A stretch of 64,000 nucleotides of DNA from contig CM022672.1 in assembly GCA_012295275.1 (NCBI GenBank), forward strand, positions 1,426,001 to 1,490,000, given 5' to 3'. The notes under the pieces were generated by a model, which saw nothing but the letters and a program-made list of their open reading frames with translations, searched no databases and was not told the DNA's origin. The translations under genes and the position numbers were made by a program. The DNA is from Chrysomallon squamiferum. Lineage: Eukaryota > Animalia > Mollusca. Positions 26,794-40,771 of this stretch are shown one piece after another. Every line of letters starts with the position of its first letter. Position 1 is the stretch's first letter.

Positions 26794-28862
26794 GTATATA
26801 TTTTATATATATATATATACCGTAGTGAATGCTAATTGTATGAGAGAAAAAAATGCAAACCCAAAATTCCATAAAATATGTGTGTATTCTATTGCGTAGT
26901 GCAATTTGTATATATTGCATCATACTTATAGTTATTAAAACAAATAAAAATAAATAAATCCAGAATTTAAGGATTTCCCAACTTTTTCTCGGTTAATGAT
27001 TTTGGGAGTTTCGCCTCCCATTTTTCTTAAGTAATGCATCTATCTGTGTTTTCGTTAGCATTGCTGTGTACCAGTCTTGTTTTGGCCGCCATTGTGTCCT
27101 TTCTCATACGGTTTATTGATGTTGGAGGTTGTGTCTAATTCACCGTAGTCCGGATTGTGATATTTTGGTTCTAATCGCTTCTGTATCGTTATGTCGCTCT
27201 GAATTTACTGCACGGTCTATGAAAAAAACTTACACGCCACTATTGTACAGTTGTCTTCGTTATTGTCGTGATCTATCACATAACTAAACGCGATTATTTC
27301 CATCCTAACCATTCTTATCGTGTGAGTCGTGCATTAGCCAACTGCAAGATCACAATAATATTATATACTCTGAATAACAGTAAAAGCATTTCTTTTATTT
27401 CCAAAACTGAGAAGTAAAAACCTATGTCGTGTTGTGTAAAAGGAATTAGCGTTATGATGCCTGGGATGCCTCGAAAACAATCGTTATCTGCAGCGTACTG
27501 GATAGCCAGCTACAAGATATACCAATTTAACTTAACTGTTCAAAATGAAAAGAGAGAAGAGCACTGCTAACGATTTGTTTTTTTGTTACGGCGAAGAGTC
27601 TGTCTTTTGTTTCGATGTGATGTTGTGTAAATTACGTTACCAGCTCTTGATATCCTAGCGAACTCCCGCCTCTGGTATCTGCTGTGCTAGCAATGTCGCT
27701 CGCAAACAGGAAAAAGGAAGCGAAGTATGAATGCAAAAATAAAAGCGTACGAAGAGTTATAGAAGCATTCTCGTCAACTGGTTAAAGTGTATCTGTTTTG
27801 GTGATGCGAACAAAAAACGTCTTACACATAATGTTATCGTGTTTGATGATCTTATGACGAAGAATTAGTCAGTCAGTAGTAGGTAAACATTGTAAAATTA
27901 TTTATTATGCTTGACATCGTTTCACGAGTGAGCAAGAAAATAAATAAAATGTGACACATCCTTCTTCGCAGACTTAGCTTTGTTCCTAAAATAAAACCGT
28001 CTCAAAGATACCCATAAAAATAACTGTTGTTGGTTAGCACTTTACGTCATTGCTTTGTAAATACTGGAATCACATACTGGTACTTTTAAAACTAAGTGCT
28101 GAAATAACATCCTGATACCATTACAGACTTAGATTTACTTAGACAGTTCTACTGACTGTGACATTAACACAGAGAGAGCACCTGAAGATATTGAAAACGA
28201 AAATATTTCATTCCAACGTATTCAGTCAAGCGCTTAGAATGTTTGTTATTCCACTAGTTAGAGACTATAATTATGTACCAGACACATCAACGGGCTTTTT
28301 CTCTTTAAATATTTGTTTTAAAGACAATTTGCTTTTTTTGGTGTCGACAGTATTTGGAATGGAAACTACACAGAAAGGAATAAAAAATTCTAAAAAAATA
28401 AAATTAATTAAGTAAAGTAAAGTAAAATAAATAATAGTAATAATAAATAAATAAGACCAAAATTAGAAAGCAATACTCAGTTTTAAAAATATTAAACAAA
28501 TATGCAAACTAACAAAAGCAAACAAATAAATAAATAAATAACAACAAAATAAATAAATAAAACAAAAGCAACCTTTTCGTCTGTATGCACGCATTACAAA
28601 TAAATTAAAAGAAAAAGAAAATAACTAATAATTGTTATAAATAAATAAACATTTAACAACATCAGTGTCAATAACATTAGAAGGAATAAAGAAAAATGAA
28701 AAGGAATTAAGAATTGTAAATATAAAGTAAAAATATATTCTGAGCACACTAATAAAATACACTGAGTTTTGACTATGTGCTGGTAACGAAGTTCACATGT
28801 ATTTTCATATATCTCACTTAAATGGGGGGTTTTTGTGCGCGAATTGTGTACCTATATACACA

Positions 28863-28908
<46 letters not shown>

Positions 28909-29577
28909 ACAGAGGAGTACTTCCATTTTTTGAATACGTAGAAACAAACACATCAGAAAAAGATAAAATACAGACAGACAAACAAACAGACTGATAGATA
29001 GAGAGACAGATATACACTGTTGGACAATTGCTCAGCTGACTATTTCTCAGCTTTAGGTGTTTTGTTGTTGTTGTTGTTTTTTTTGATAAAATTGTATTTA
29101 TTATTTTTATCATTAAAAAATAGCAGAATGTTTTCTCATAAAACCCCCCATAAGACACAGAATTTCTAAAGGCACAGTATCAAAGTTGTGTTAATTACAT
29201 ACACTCTTCACTTAGTTAAAGTTTACGAGATTCCTGTAATTGTTTGTTTAAGGAGGCAGTTACTTCTGACTGTGATTATGAACATCAAAGACATATAATG
29301 GTTTGTTTCAGGTGTAGGTGTTATTCGCTAATTATATTTTTAGGATAACTGCTCGAACATCATTGTTGGTTTAACTGGATCAAACTTTTAGAATTGTGTG
29401 TTGTTTTCAGTAATTACTTACTTTTTATCACTACTCCGCCAGATTTAACACTTTGACCGTCAAAGCTTCAAAAAAGATTTGTAAATATAGCTGATTTAGA
29501 ACTAATCTTGTTATTTTATTTATTTATTAATTTATCAGAGACTCTCACTCCCACCCAATAACAGACACACACACACA

Positions 29578-29610
<33 letters not shown>

Positions 29611-30833
29611 CGCGCATACGCACACACACATAAACACAATTAAATAATTTAGATAGAACATAAAAAGTTGGATAGCTTTATCTTACTTACCACTCCAGAA
29701 ATTCCTGTAAGATCTTAATGAAAATCCAAAGTATAATCTTATTAACCAGGAATGGAAAAATTTACACTTATATACAGTATTATGTGCCTCGTTTATTTAA
29801 ATATACTTCACAGCGTTCATTGTTTGCCAAATTTATACTCTCCGAGTTGGTCATTGGCTTTGTGACTTGAATCAATTGACGTATATCAGCATCCAATAAT
29901 CAGCAGTGACAAGAACCATTGTTAAAACCAACTCAGTCTCACGAGAGAATCAGACAGATTATCATCAATGTTCCTGTACATAACCTTTGGGCGAAAAAAA
30001 AAGTTATTTTTATGACGGACATTGAACGTAAATAAATTCAAGGTTTATTGATGGATTCTTTTATATAGTTTTGAAAAACAAAACTTTGATCTTTTTCAAA
30101 TAGATTTTTTGGCTTTTTTATATCCTAGGCATTGTTAATAGAAACATATATTTTGAATATATATATCGGATGGATAAAACAGAAGAATAAATCTCTGTAG
30201 ATCTACAAACTGAACTATATATGTGTATGTATGTATATAGAATGTGTGTGTACGTTTTTGTGTATAAATAGTATGATACAGAAAATAATAAAAGATTCAG
30301 ATAAATCTCCAAATATTTAAATAACAAAAATTAAAAAAAAAAAATTAAAAATTAATCGGTCAAATAAATGAATGAAAGCAGACAGAGAGGAAATATAGAT
30401 AAAATGTAATTGGAGAAATAAACAGACTATAAAAATGTGTATGCAAGTGTGTATCCGTTGTTGTCTCTGTCTATCTGTGTGGCTGTCTGTAAGTGAAAAG
30501 AGAGGGGACAGAAAACCTGTTTACGTCCCTCATCCTAAAATCTTAAAGTACTTTTTCACAGCCCGGATACTAAAGTTCAGTTGCAAAATGTAGAAATCGG
30601 AAATAGGTGTTTGGACTACTCTATATAGGACGGAACAATAACCCGCCCTTTATAGATCCGTATCAGAGTATCGACTGAATCTGCGTGCATTCAATTAAGT
30701 AATCCCAATAAAATCGTTATCAGGTCAGAACAGTTCGAAAATATAACGAGGTTAGTAAAACAATTCGACTGAAATCAGAAATGACTTGTTTCGTTGAAAT
30801 ATATATGTTTGCATATATCTGTGTATCTATATA

Positions 30834-30917
<84 letters not shown>

Positions 30918-33208
30918 CCTGTAAATATTTTATATCTTGTTTAAAAAAATTAAATATTTTAATATAAATATGGTGTAAGCAGATGGTTAATATGTGGATT
31001 CTTATATGACAAACTAACATTGTTCCATGCCAATAATAAGACCAATATGTAATAATAAGAATGAAAAGATAGCATCCGACACACAACGCTAACTGTATTA
31101 AACACTGCAGTAACTCGCTCACTAAGTCCATCCTTTGTTAAAACAATACAGACCAAGCAAGTACTTCAAAAACTAACTGAAATAACAAATACAATTCGTG
31201 TCATTTCGGAAAACGGATAAAAGAGAAAGTAATGAAAAAAAGAGAAATAAGATTAAAAATTATTGAATCAGTGTCGATGGTTTTAAAACTCAATTGTTAT
31301 GTTAGTAATAAGAATATTTCTGAGTTAGGAAAATTCAATAAATTTTGTAAACGCTAGCTCTGAAGAAGCTTCTACTGAAAGGAAATTACCAAACTACACT
31401 AAATTATCATCTTGTATTTTTAAATTTAACGATTTAAAAACCGAGATATTGCTAGAAAAAACATTCAGTTTGGAGTCATTGAAACATTTGTTCTCAAGTG
31501 TGTACTACATAGAAAACGTCTGTGGCCAAAGTTTATTGAAAATTAAGTCAAAATGTTTTAAATGGTAAATCTTTTCATGAACTTTATAATGTGTATCATT
31601 TGTCAGCGTACTATTTCCACTATTGTATTGGTGTTTGGTTTTAGGAAAATTTATCTCCGTTACTATTTTGCCTGAATATTAATGATGTAGAAGATTATAT
31701 TAAAAATTAATGATCGTCAGGACATAAATAGAGACAAATTGTTTTAGGGATTCCTTAATATGAACTTAAATTGTTCTTTTCGTTTTATTCTAGGCAAATA
31801 ATTACCAAGATGTACAAAAATCTCTAAATTATTTTGATTCTTATAGCAGGAAATGGAAGCTAATTTCAAAAAGACGAAAGTCTCAATTTTTAATGGGAGG
31901 CATAAAGATTACAAAAAGGTATTTTGTCTTGGATAATCAAAGCTTGATAACGTAGTAAGTTATATATATCTTGGTATGTTTACAAGTCAAACAATTTTAC
32001 TAAGGCAACAAACATATATAAGCACAGAAGGCTATATATTTAGATTCTACAATAAGAAAAATGTCTATCCAGTGCCAACATGAAATTAACTGACTGCATG
32101 GTTTTAACATGTTCTTGTATTATAGCGAAACATTTTTTTTTTTTTTTTTTTTTATTTATGTAAATTATAGTAAAAAAGCCATTTTGTTATATTAATTGCT
32201 GTCTGTAAATATTATCATATGTCGTTGACTACATGTATTTAGAACTATTATTACGTTTTATTTATTTATTTATTGTTGCTTTTCAGGAACCATTACACAG
32301 TTGATTAACTCCTTACAATTCATTTAGCTGAATCCTGATTTATGCATTAGTTACAATACGGTAAGATGAAAAACAACATATAATTTATTTACAAAAAAAA
32401 ACAAGTTTTAAATAAATATTACGTCATTCACTAATTGTTTTGCCACTATTACTGGTGCTCTTAAGTAAATGGAGGAGATCTCACAATATCAACAAACTGG
32501 AGTTGAAAAGTTTGAGTTGGTGTGAGATGTTTGAATCCAGTGTTTACGTCGAAGCTTTTATAAATTTGCAGTACAAATGTTTTTGATAGCGCAAGAGAAA
32601 AGAAAAGAAGGTAATAAAACATTTTGAATGATCGGATAGATAAAACTGACGTTAAAAATATTACGTAATTTAATCATAATCAGTGTCACAAAATATGCCG
32701 ATATTATAATGTATAATATATATTTATAATATTAAAATATAGCATAATATTTTTTATAATACTGTTTAGTCATAAATATTATTTGAGCCAGTAAAAAGAT
32801 GAAAATTATATTGTTCTAGTTAAACATTTAGATACTAAAGAAAATTAATTAATATATAAAAATGCATTTTAATTACACTAGTTAAATATAATTTAATAAA
32901 TGTAAGTTATTGGAGGGTTGATGTTTTTTAATTGTTGTTGTTTGTATGGTCTGAGGCTTAGTTTAATTTATATTTTATTTATTGTTTTATTTGTGTGTGC
33001 ATTATAAAATAATGATCTTAAGTACAGGCACTGGAAAGTTTTGTTGATGACTTCTAACCATTATTTTTACACAAATATTTTAAAATCAGATAATGTATAT
33101 TTTTTATATATATTGCAGGTGTTCCACTGATTTACTGATTAAGAAGACAGTGTACATTTAATAAACAAAAAGACAAACCATTTAAGACCAAACAAAACCC
33201 ATCGAATA

Positions 33209-36200
33209 ATGGCACATATTTTTCTCTCTGATGATATTAAGTGTCTGTTCATGAACAAGTTTGTTGTAATCATAGGAAATTCAAGTAAGTAAAAACATTT
33301 TTACAAAAAGAAATGTATTGCTATGTTAATTATTTTAAATATATTTTCTTTTCATATGGATATTTTCAAGCTTTAATGTGTATCTATTTAGTAATCAGAT
33401 AATTTTATAGCATTTTGAAATTAGCAAACCACTTTCATATGTTAAATAAAAGGTGGGTTTTTTTTGTTGTTGTTGTCATCGTTATTATTTTGCAGACATT
33501 ATTTGTATATGTTCTTGTTACTTGTTTTTAGAGACATTAAATCAAACTAGAGTTTAAAAACATATATAAATATGTTCATGTGTGCGTGAAGTAAAATATA
33601 TTCAGAGAAACGAAGATCTCACCCTTCATTTTCAGGATGTTGTATATTTACAAATTTCAGTACTCAAAAAGCTGATAGGAGTTTTAATATATTGTTCAGT
33701 AAACATTCTTCATGTATACAATACTCTGATATCATTTAAACTGTTTATTTCTGTAGTACAAAGATCCATGTATAAAGACTTGGTAATTCTGCTGCAGAAG
33801 AATAAATATCTGACAGACAAACAGCTGAGAATGAAGGTCAGTGCAAATAGGTGTAAGAAATAATTAAGATGCAATACATTAGTTTTCATGGCCATTCCAG
33901 TATTACTCCAAATATATTCTTCTTCTTGTTTTTTCATTATATTTCTTTTTTTTGTATTTGTTATTATGCTATTGCTACTGTTAACATTTATTTTTATTTA
34001 TTACTTTATTTGCTTTATGTATAGAAATAAAGTATAATCATACCATGGCGTTTAAATAAGATAGAAAACGAAAACAACACACAGACTGTATCTACTGTAT
34101 ATAATGAGAAATACAAATCTACTTAGAAGACTGAGCGTTTTTTTTTTTTTTTTTTGGTACACTGGAGGAAAATGAATATTGCTCTGAAATATGCTATTTG
34201 ACACTATGGTTTCACTGGTGTTGATTTCAATTAATAATAATATTTTGAAGGTTACTTTATATCTTAGAAATATAGAGATATATATTTGTTTCATCTGTGT
34301 TTATTTCAGGGAGAAATGACATTTGAAGATGATTATCTGATAGCTGGGGGTGTGAAGTCAGGACTGTATAATGGTGTAAACTATCGAGAGGTTCGTGAAT
34401 ACAAGACAGATTATCACTGGATAAAATTCTACTTCGTCACACGTTGTTACAGCGCCTACGTGGAAACTGTGCTTAATGAGCTGTCCACACACCCACAGCC
34501 TGATGTCCTCATTCTTAACTCTGGTCTGTGGGACATTACAAGGTATCAGAAATAAAAACATTTTTCAGATATAAATTAAAAACTCCTGTGTAATTATTGC
34601 AGATAGTTATAAATATATTGATTTTTTGGTGGATTTTTTTTTTTTTTTTTTTTTTTAAAATTAAATGAAAGTTTTTTCCATATGCTTTGGTACTGTCTGT
34701 AAGGGAATAGTTGTATCACTTTTTTTATTTTTCAGATTTTTTGTTTATTTATTTATTTATTTATTTATTTTTTTTTTTTTTTTGATGTTTGTAACATACT
34801 GTGTTTTGAATCTAAAAGTTTATAATTTTATTCATTGATAATGTCACTTAAAAATTTGTGTATGGTCATTATTAAGTAAGGATAATTTGAAAACAAAAAG
34901 GTTAGTAAAAAAACTGGATTATACTGAATAAAATACAGCAATGTAACACAGAAGTCAAATCTGAAATTTGTTTGTTTTATTCTTTAGTTCCAGTTTGCTT
35001 TAAAGAACTGTAAATTTTATCAGAGCATCTACTATTTAATTTTTTTTAATTTTTTTTAATGTATTTTTTATTTTTTTTTGGTTTCATAAAATTTATTAAA
35101 AGTATAACTATATCAAAATCTGTAACATCAGGCCAGTCTATATATTTAACATTAATCATATACATATATTTCAAGACATACTGTTCTGGAGTATCAGTCA
35201 GTTGTTATTTCTTTTTTAGCAAAATGTCTAAATTTCAAATATGGATTCTTCTTTTCTTAAATATATGATATCAGCTATTTTATACAAATACTAATAATGG
35301 AAGTATTATTTTTATTCATCAGATACGGTCATGATGATCACAGCATTGAGCAGTTCAAGAACAACATTGTCAAATTATGCATGAAAATACAGCAAGTAGT
35401 CTCAGAAAACTGCCTGGTCTTGTGGACTTCTGCTTTGCCTATATCTAAAGATGCCAGAGGTGGTGTGGTTGTGCCACAGAGTGAATTCCTGAAATCCTCT
35501 GCCTGCTTAGAACTCCTGGAGGCAAACTTTCACTCATGCAGTCAGTTTGCTGAATTTGGGTTTGATGTGTTAGACATTCATTTTCATCTGCAGAACCATA
35601 TCCATAGGAGAGCTGAGGATGGTGTACACTGGGATATGACAGCTCATAGGAGAATTACAAATCTGATTCTCACTCATATAGCAGAAGCTTGGGATGTCAC
35701 CATGCCTTGCAATATTGAAAAGTTCTTTAATCAGACAAATACGATTGACAGTGTTCAAGAATTTCAAGAAGTAAACCTTCTTAGAAATGTTTCATCAAGG
35801 AAGCATAGATGCACCAAAGAATTTCAAGAAGTAAACCTTCTTAGAAATGATTCATCAAGGAAGCATAGATGCACCAAAGAATTTCAAGAAGTAAACTTTC
35901 TTAGAAATGATTCATCAAGGAAGCATAGATGCACCAAAGAATTTCAAGAAGTAAACCTTCTTAGAAATGATTCATCAAGGAAGCATAGATGCACCAAAGA
36001 ATTTCAAGAAGTAAACTTTCTTAGAAATGATTCATCAAGAAAGCAGAACTGCACCAACGAATTTCAAGAAGTAAACTTTGTTAGAAATAAGTCATCAAGA
36101 AAGCAGAGCTCCAGACAAGAATTTCAAGAAGTAAACTTTCTTAGAAATAAGTCATCAAGAAAGCAGAGCTCCAGACAAGAATTTCAAGAAGTAAACTTTC

Positions 36201-36586
36201 CTAGAAATAAGTCAAGGAAGCAGAGCTCCAGACAAGAATTTCGTGCATGTAACCAAACAAAAAGAAAGCTTAAAGAAAATAGATCTTATCCCAGAATACA
36301 GCAGAACAGAGTTAAGCCATTTTCCGAGAGACAACAACATAAATACAACAGTAATGTGCAAAATGTAAAACAAGACTGTTATCAGCCTGGCTCAAGCACA
36401 TACTGGCATGATGACAAAGAGAAAGAAAGTTATTGGAATAACGATCAGACAGATTACAAAGATTGGCCAAGAAGAACAAATCACTTTGAAGAAGAATGGC
36501 AACCTTATGAAGAAAGAGACTACATTCAGTATCGACATGTTAACAGAACTCGTTCTCGTTTTACTCCATATAGTCATGTGTACTGA
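33209..36586 (+). CDS. PCED1A: PC-esterase domain-containing protein 1 (FAM113/PCED1-like, SGNH family)
   Basis: Exons 33209-33284, 33757-33836, 34310-34542, 35323-36586; NKFVVIIGNSIQRSMYKDLVILLQ, PDVLILNSGLWDITRYG, DGVHW. Confidence 0.9.
35756..36240 (+). repeat. Coding 60-bp tandem repeat, about 8 copies (EFQEVNxLRNxSSRK.....)
   Basis: Lines 35761-36240 repeat with 60-nt period (last unit 57 nt), in frame in the final PCED1 exon. Confidence 0.97.
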
Positions 36587-38091
36587 GTTTCACAGTAGCA
36601 TACATGAACATAACAGACATAGAAGTTTAATTGGTGCTATGTTAACCGTAAATGGACTACATTACTATATATCAGTTTCATGGAAATCTGGTACTAAGCA
36701 AGATCTACCCTAAGTTTTTTGATATATTATATATTTCTGTTGCACTTCAAATGGTTAACATTTTCACAGCTATAAATTCAGCTTTTATTTTGCATTGCAG
36801 AGTTTTATCAAGATGAATGTTTCATAAGCCATTATAGCTAGTAATTTCTGCAATATCTAGTTGAAATTTAACACTGTATTTATAAGTCATTTAGAATTTT
36901 CTAAATATAGAATTTTGAAATGACATAAATGTTAAAATATTTTACTTTTTGATATTCTAATACAATGTTTCTTATTAAGATCTAAGTTTAAACAGTGCTT
37001 TGTTGGTACAAATAGTAAATTGTGGAGTATAATATTTCTATATAATAAAAATATTAGCATTTACATGTATGCAGTTTTATCATGCATCCATTTCTGATAT
37101 GTTTATAACCGTGGTAGATACAAGCAGTACATATGATATTTTGAATATTTATAAATGGGCAATTCTTCCTAACACAGACTTCAGTTCAAGACAAATTTAA
37201 CAAACAGGTGTGCAGCTGATGTAATGGAATATAGAAAGAGTATTTGAATACACTGTAGCTTAAAGTAGAAGACAGTGTTTTAATAAACATTCCTAGGGTT
37301 TTTGTAAGAAAGGCAAAAATGAATTTAACACCTCACATTTCATATAGATTTATTTTTCTTGAAGGCAGTAATAATAATGCATGATTATAATGCAGTTTAT
37401 TTTAACATAAATACTTGATGGATAAACTGTAATAATGTACTTAAATATCATGGTTTTAGATATGTATTTTGGTATATCTATTCTATTGGTACATGTTTGA
37501 TAAAATTAAAAAGAGTCGCAAATATAGTTATTTTCTTTCCTTGTTTTCTTTTTTTCACAGATTATAAATAAGTGTTAATATGTTTTACTGTTCTGTATAT
37601 TTTACTCAGCCCTCACTTTTTTAATAACAATTTCAATTAAAATCTACACCATGTAAGCATATTCATAAAAGTTACTTACAAAAATTTAAAAACAAAATAA
37701 ATAAAAATAAAACAAAAAGTATATAATTCTAGAATAAAGTAGAATAAACCTAAACCAGAAGCAAATTTATTTTAAAACAAATTCATAAATCAGTATTTAT
37801 AATCAAATTAGAAATGGTACTAATAAAATAATAATATAAACTATTATTAATTAAATATCAAGCTGTTAACATGAAAACCATAAATATTAGCCAATTACGG
37901 AACTATTTCTTATTAGATTTTTTAAATGTATGCTAATGTACTGAAAGGACACTCAAATCGATTGACTGTTCATGACACCTGTGATCTGATATTGAATGCC
38001 AGTGATATTTATACTGTCCTCAGTTTCAAAAATCTCAGCAATACTGGTCCAACATTGCACATTCCATTTTCCATCTGTGTTTCATCCAACA

Positions 38092-38823
38092 TCATCTTCT
38101 GATTGTTTTTAGTTCATCTTGAACATCATCCAGATTTAACATACTGAAAGTAAAAATAGGTTAAAATGTTTCAACATCTATAATAGCCCATATTATTTAT
38201 TTATTTATTTACTTATATTTGCATAACAGATCCAGAAACATGGGTAATAGTAAACTATCGTCTACATTATTTGGTACATCAAATGGAAATAACCAAACCA
38301 TAAATTTTACTACTCCAAAAAATTAAAATGCAACAAAAATGAAAGGTATTTTGAAAGAACGTTTAAATATATTATTTTTCAATTTTTTTCTCTGAATCTG
38401 TTTATTACGATAAATATATTTCCAGTATTAAACAATTCAATAACAAAAAAAGTTACCTTCTTTCTATTGCTGATTGTCTAAAAAGAAATCAAAAGAAAAA
38501 TAATAATTAGTATAGCAAAAATACTTGTATAGTTATTTTAACTCAAAATGTATATTACAAACACTATATACCAAAACATTTTATTGACAGATTATTTTTT
38601 GTACCACTGCTAGATGTATCTGTATACTTCCAAAAATACAATAACAGGCACTTTAATATATTTTAGATTTCTTACAATAAAGTGCAGAACATTTTTTAAG
38701 CATTTACAATTTTCTAAATTGGTATAATTCATTTTTAGATATGTAATAAATAATGATAATTATTAAATATTTTCATTAAAATTAACCTGAAAATAAATTA
38801 ATGTAGTATTAATGTTTATTAAA

Positions 38824-38867
<44 letters not shown>

Positions 38868-39831
38868 TGATTATAAAACATACTGAAACTCAAGCTGAGA
38901 TTTAATGTGGTCCATTTTTTTAAGTGTCTGAAAAATAAAAAAATCATAAATAGAAACAGTTGCAGGAAAAACAGGATAATAACCAACCAATATAATATTA
39001 ATTTATAAATATTTAATTATGTTGTCCATAATATAAAAATCTTGATGGGATTTTTTAATCTCACTCATACAAATGTAAACAAATACAAATACCAACAGTA
39101 TGACTTTTTTAAATTGGAGTTACCTGATTCAAGCAAACTGTTCTCTAAAATAAAAACTTGTTCATGCACCATCAGACACTTATATAACAACATCTAATTA
39201 TATACAAATACAATAGTGTCATAAAATTTACTAAAATGTATACCAGAATGAAAATGCATAAAGTCATGGAATGACTGCATTTAAGTTACATACTGTCCAA
39301 TTCACAGAGTATTACATGATTTTAAATAAACACTTGGAAGCATTTTAGAAATGATTTTCTAATTAATATTATGCTAAAGACAGCATGGAGAGTATGAATT
39401 ATTGCTACATCGAATGTTATAACGTATACCTCGGCTGAATGATGAATGTAATTCTCTTGTGAAGCAAAATTCTTTGCAGCCTGTGCCAAAAGCTGGGGAA
39501 AAAAAAAAAATAATAATAATAATAATAATAATAAAATAATCAGACTCGGTGAAATTAAATATTACATAATATAGTATATAATATAATACAGATAGTGAAT
39601 GAGTGATAATAAATGTGCAAGAAGTTTGTAAGTTACGCTAACATAATCATCATCATCATTATTATTATTATTATTATTATTATTTAGTTCATAATAGATA
39701 AAGAAATTTACTTCTGATGATTTGGATCCTCGAATAACTTGTCTTGTCAATGAACCCAAATCATTTACAGTTATATTAATCTTCTCGTTCAGTCTCGCTT
39801 TTGTTTCCCTATTCCAGCTAGCAGACGCCAT
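38092..39831 (-). CDS. BORCS7: BLOC-1-related complex (BORC) subunit 7
   Basis: Exons 39831-39712, 39492-39430, 38927-38884, 38477-38457, 38143-38092; LTRQVIRGSKSSELLAQAAKNFASQE..HSAETLKKM..QLEFQQSAI matches recalled BORCS7. Confidence 0.88.
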
Positions 39832-40771
39832 ACTTTCGTAAATACCATAAATGGAAGTTTTTTTTTTACGACAATCTTACAATTTTAATCGAAAATGTTT
39901 TGTCTTATAGGTTTATTTTAAATAAAGGCAGAGCCATAAAAACTTTTTCAAAAGTATTAATATTGATAATTATTTGGTTTATTTTGGATAAAAAAAATTT
40001 AACGACTTCAACAAATTGTGTATCATATGACATATCGAGACGATTGCACCAAAATAGGAAATGCCGTTCTTCAAAGACTTAGAATTTTGTATATATTTAT
40101 TATGATGAATAACATATCAGTTTAACACATTTATCAAAGGTAAAATATTATGCATGTGATGTCATACTCGAATTTAATTCTGAACGTATGACAGATTAAG
40201 ATTTAGTTTCAGGCTGGAGTGTGTAGTCACACAGTACTACTGTACTCACAGTACTGTAGTGTGTAATACTATTAAAGTTATTCACTTATTTACTAGTAGT
40301 AGAACTAGTATTATGTAGTAATAGAATTAAATGAGAGTAAAAATAGTATAATTAGTAATGGAGTTAAATGAACAAAAATAATTAATTGAATAATATATAT
40401 ACCCTCAAAATAATTTATCTCAAAAGTTGAAACTTAACCATAGCCCTAACGAGGCTTATAACTATTGACATGGCTTAATGAATAACATGTCTATAATCCA
40501 TAAACTAGTAACATACAGTGTTAAATAAATAACAAATTTTAAGTTGGGTTGTTTTCGGTATTTTGGGAGTTGTTTTTTTTGTTTGTTTGTTTGGGGCTTT
40601 TTTGAAGCAGGAGTTGGCAAATATTTTATCATCAAATGAACTATGAAATTGTATATTAATATAATATAATTTCGAACAAATGATAACTATGGATAACATG
40701 AGGTATCTAAGTTTTATATTCCTAGATATGTCACTTTAGTATTTAGGAATTTATTTGTTAAAATATTTTAG
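39832..40771. promoter_or_regulatory. Putative shared bidirectional promoter and 5' UTRs of BORCS7/UVSSA
   Basis: Divergent start codons about 940 bp apart; UVSSA ATG directly follows an acceptor AG; candidate UTR donor at 40140. Confidence 0.5.

Noticed and set aside
27050-27900. CpG-richer stretch with a YY1-like GCCGCCAT; possible promoter or TE interior
   Set aside because: No ORF, termini or linked gene could be supported
30520-31600. Possible decayed DNA-transposon terminal sequences
   Set aside because: No matching inverted ends or TSD found by eye
35756-36240. CRISPR-like regular array
   Set aside because: Contiguous tandem units without unique spacers, in frame in a eukaryotic exon
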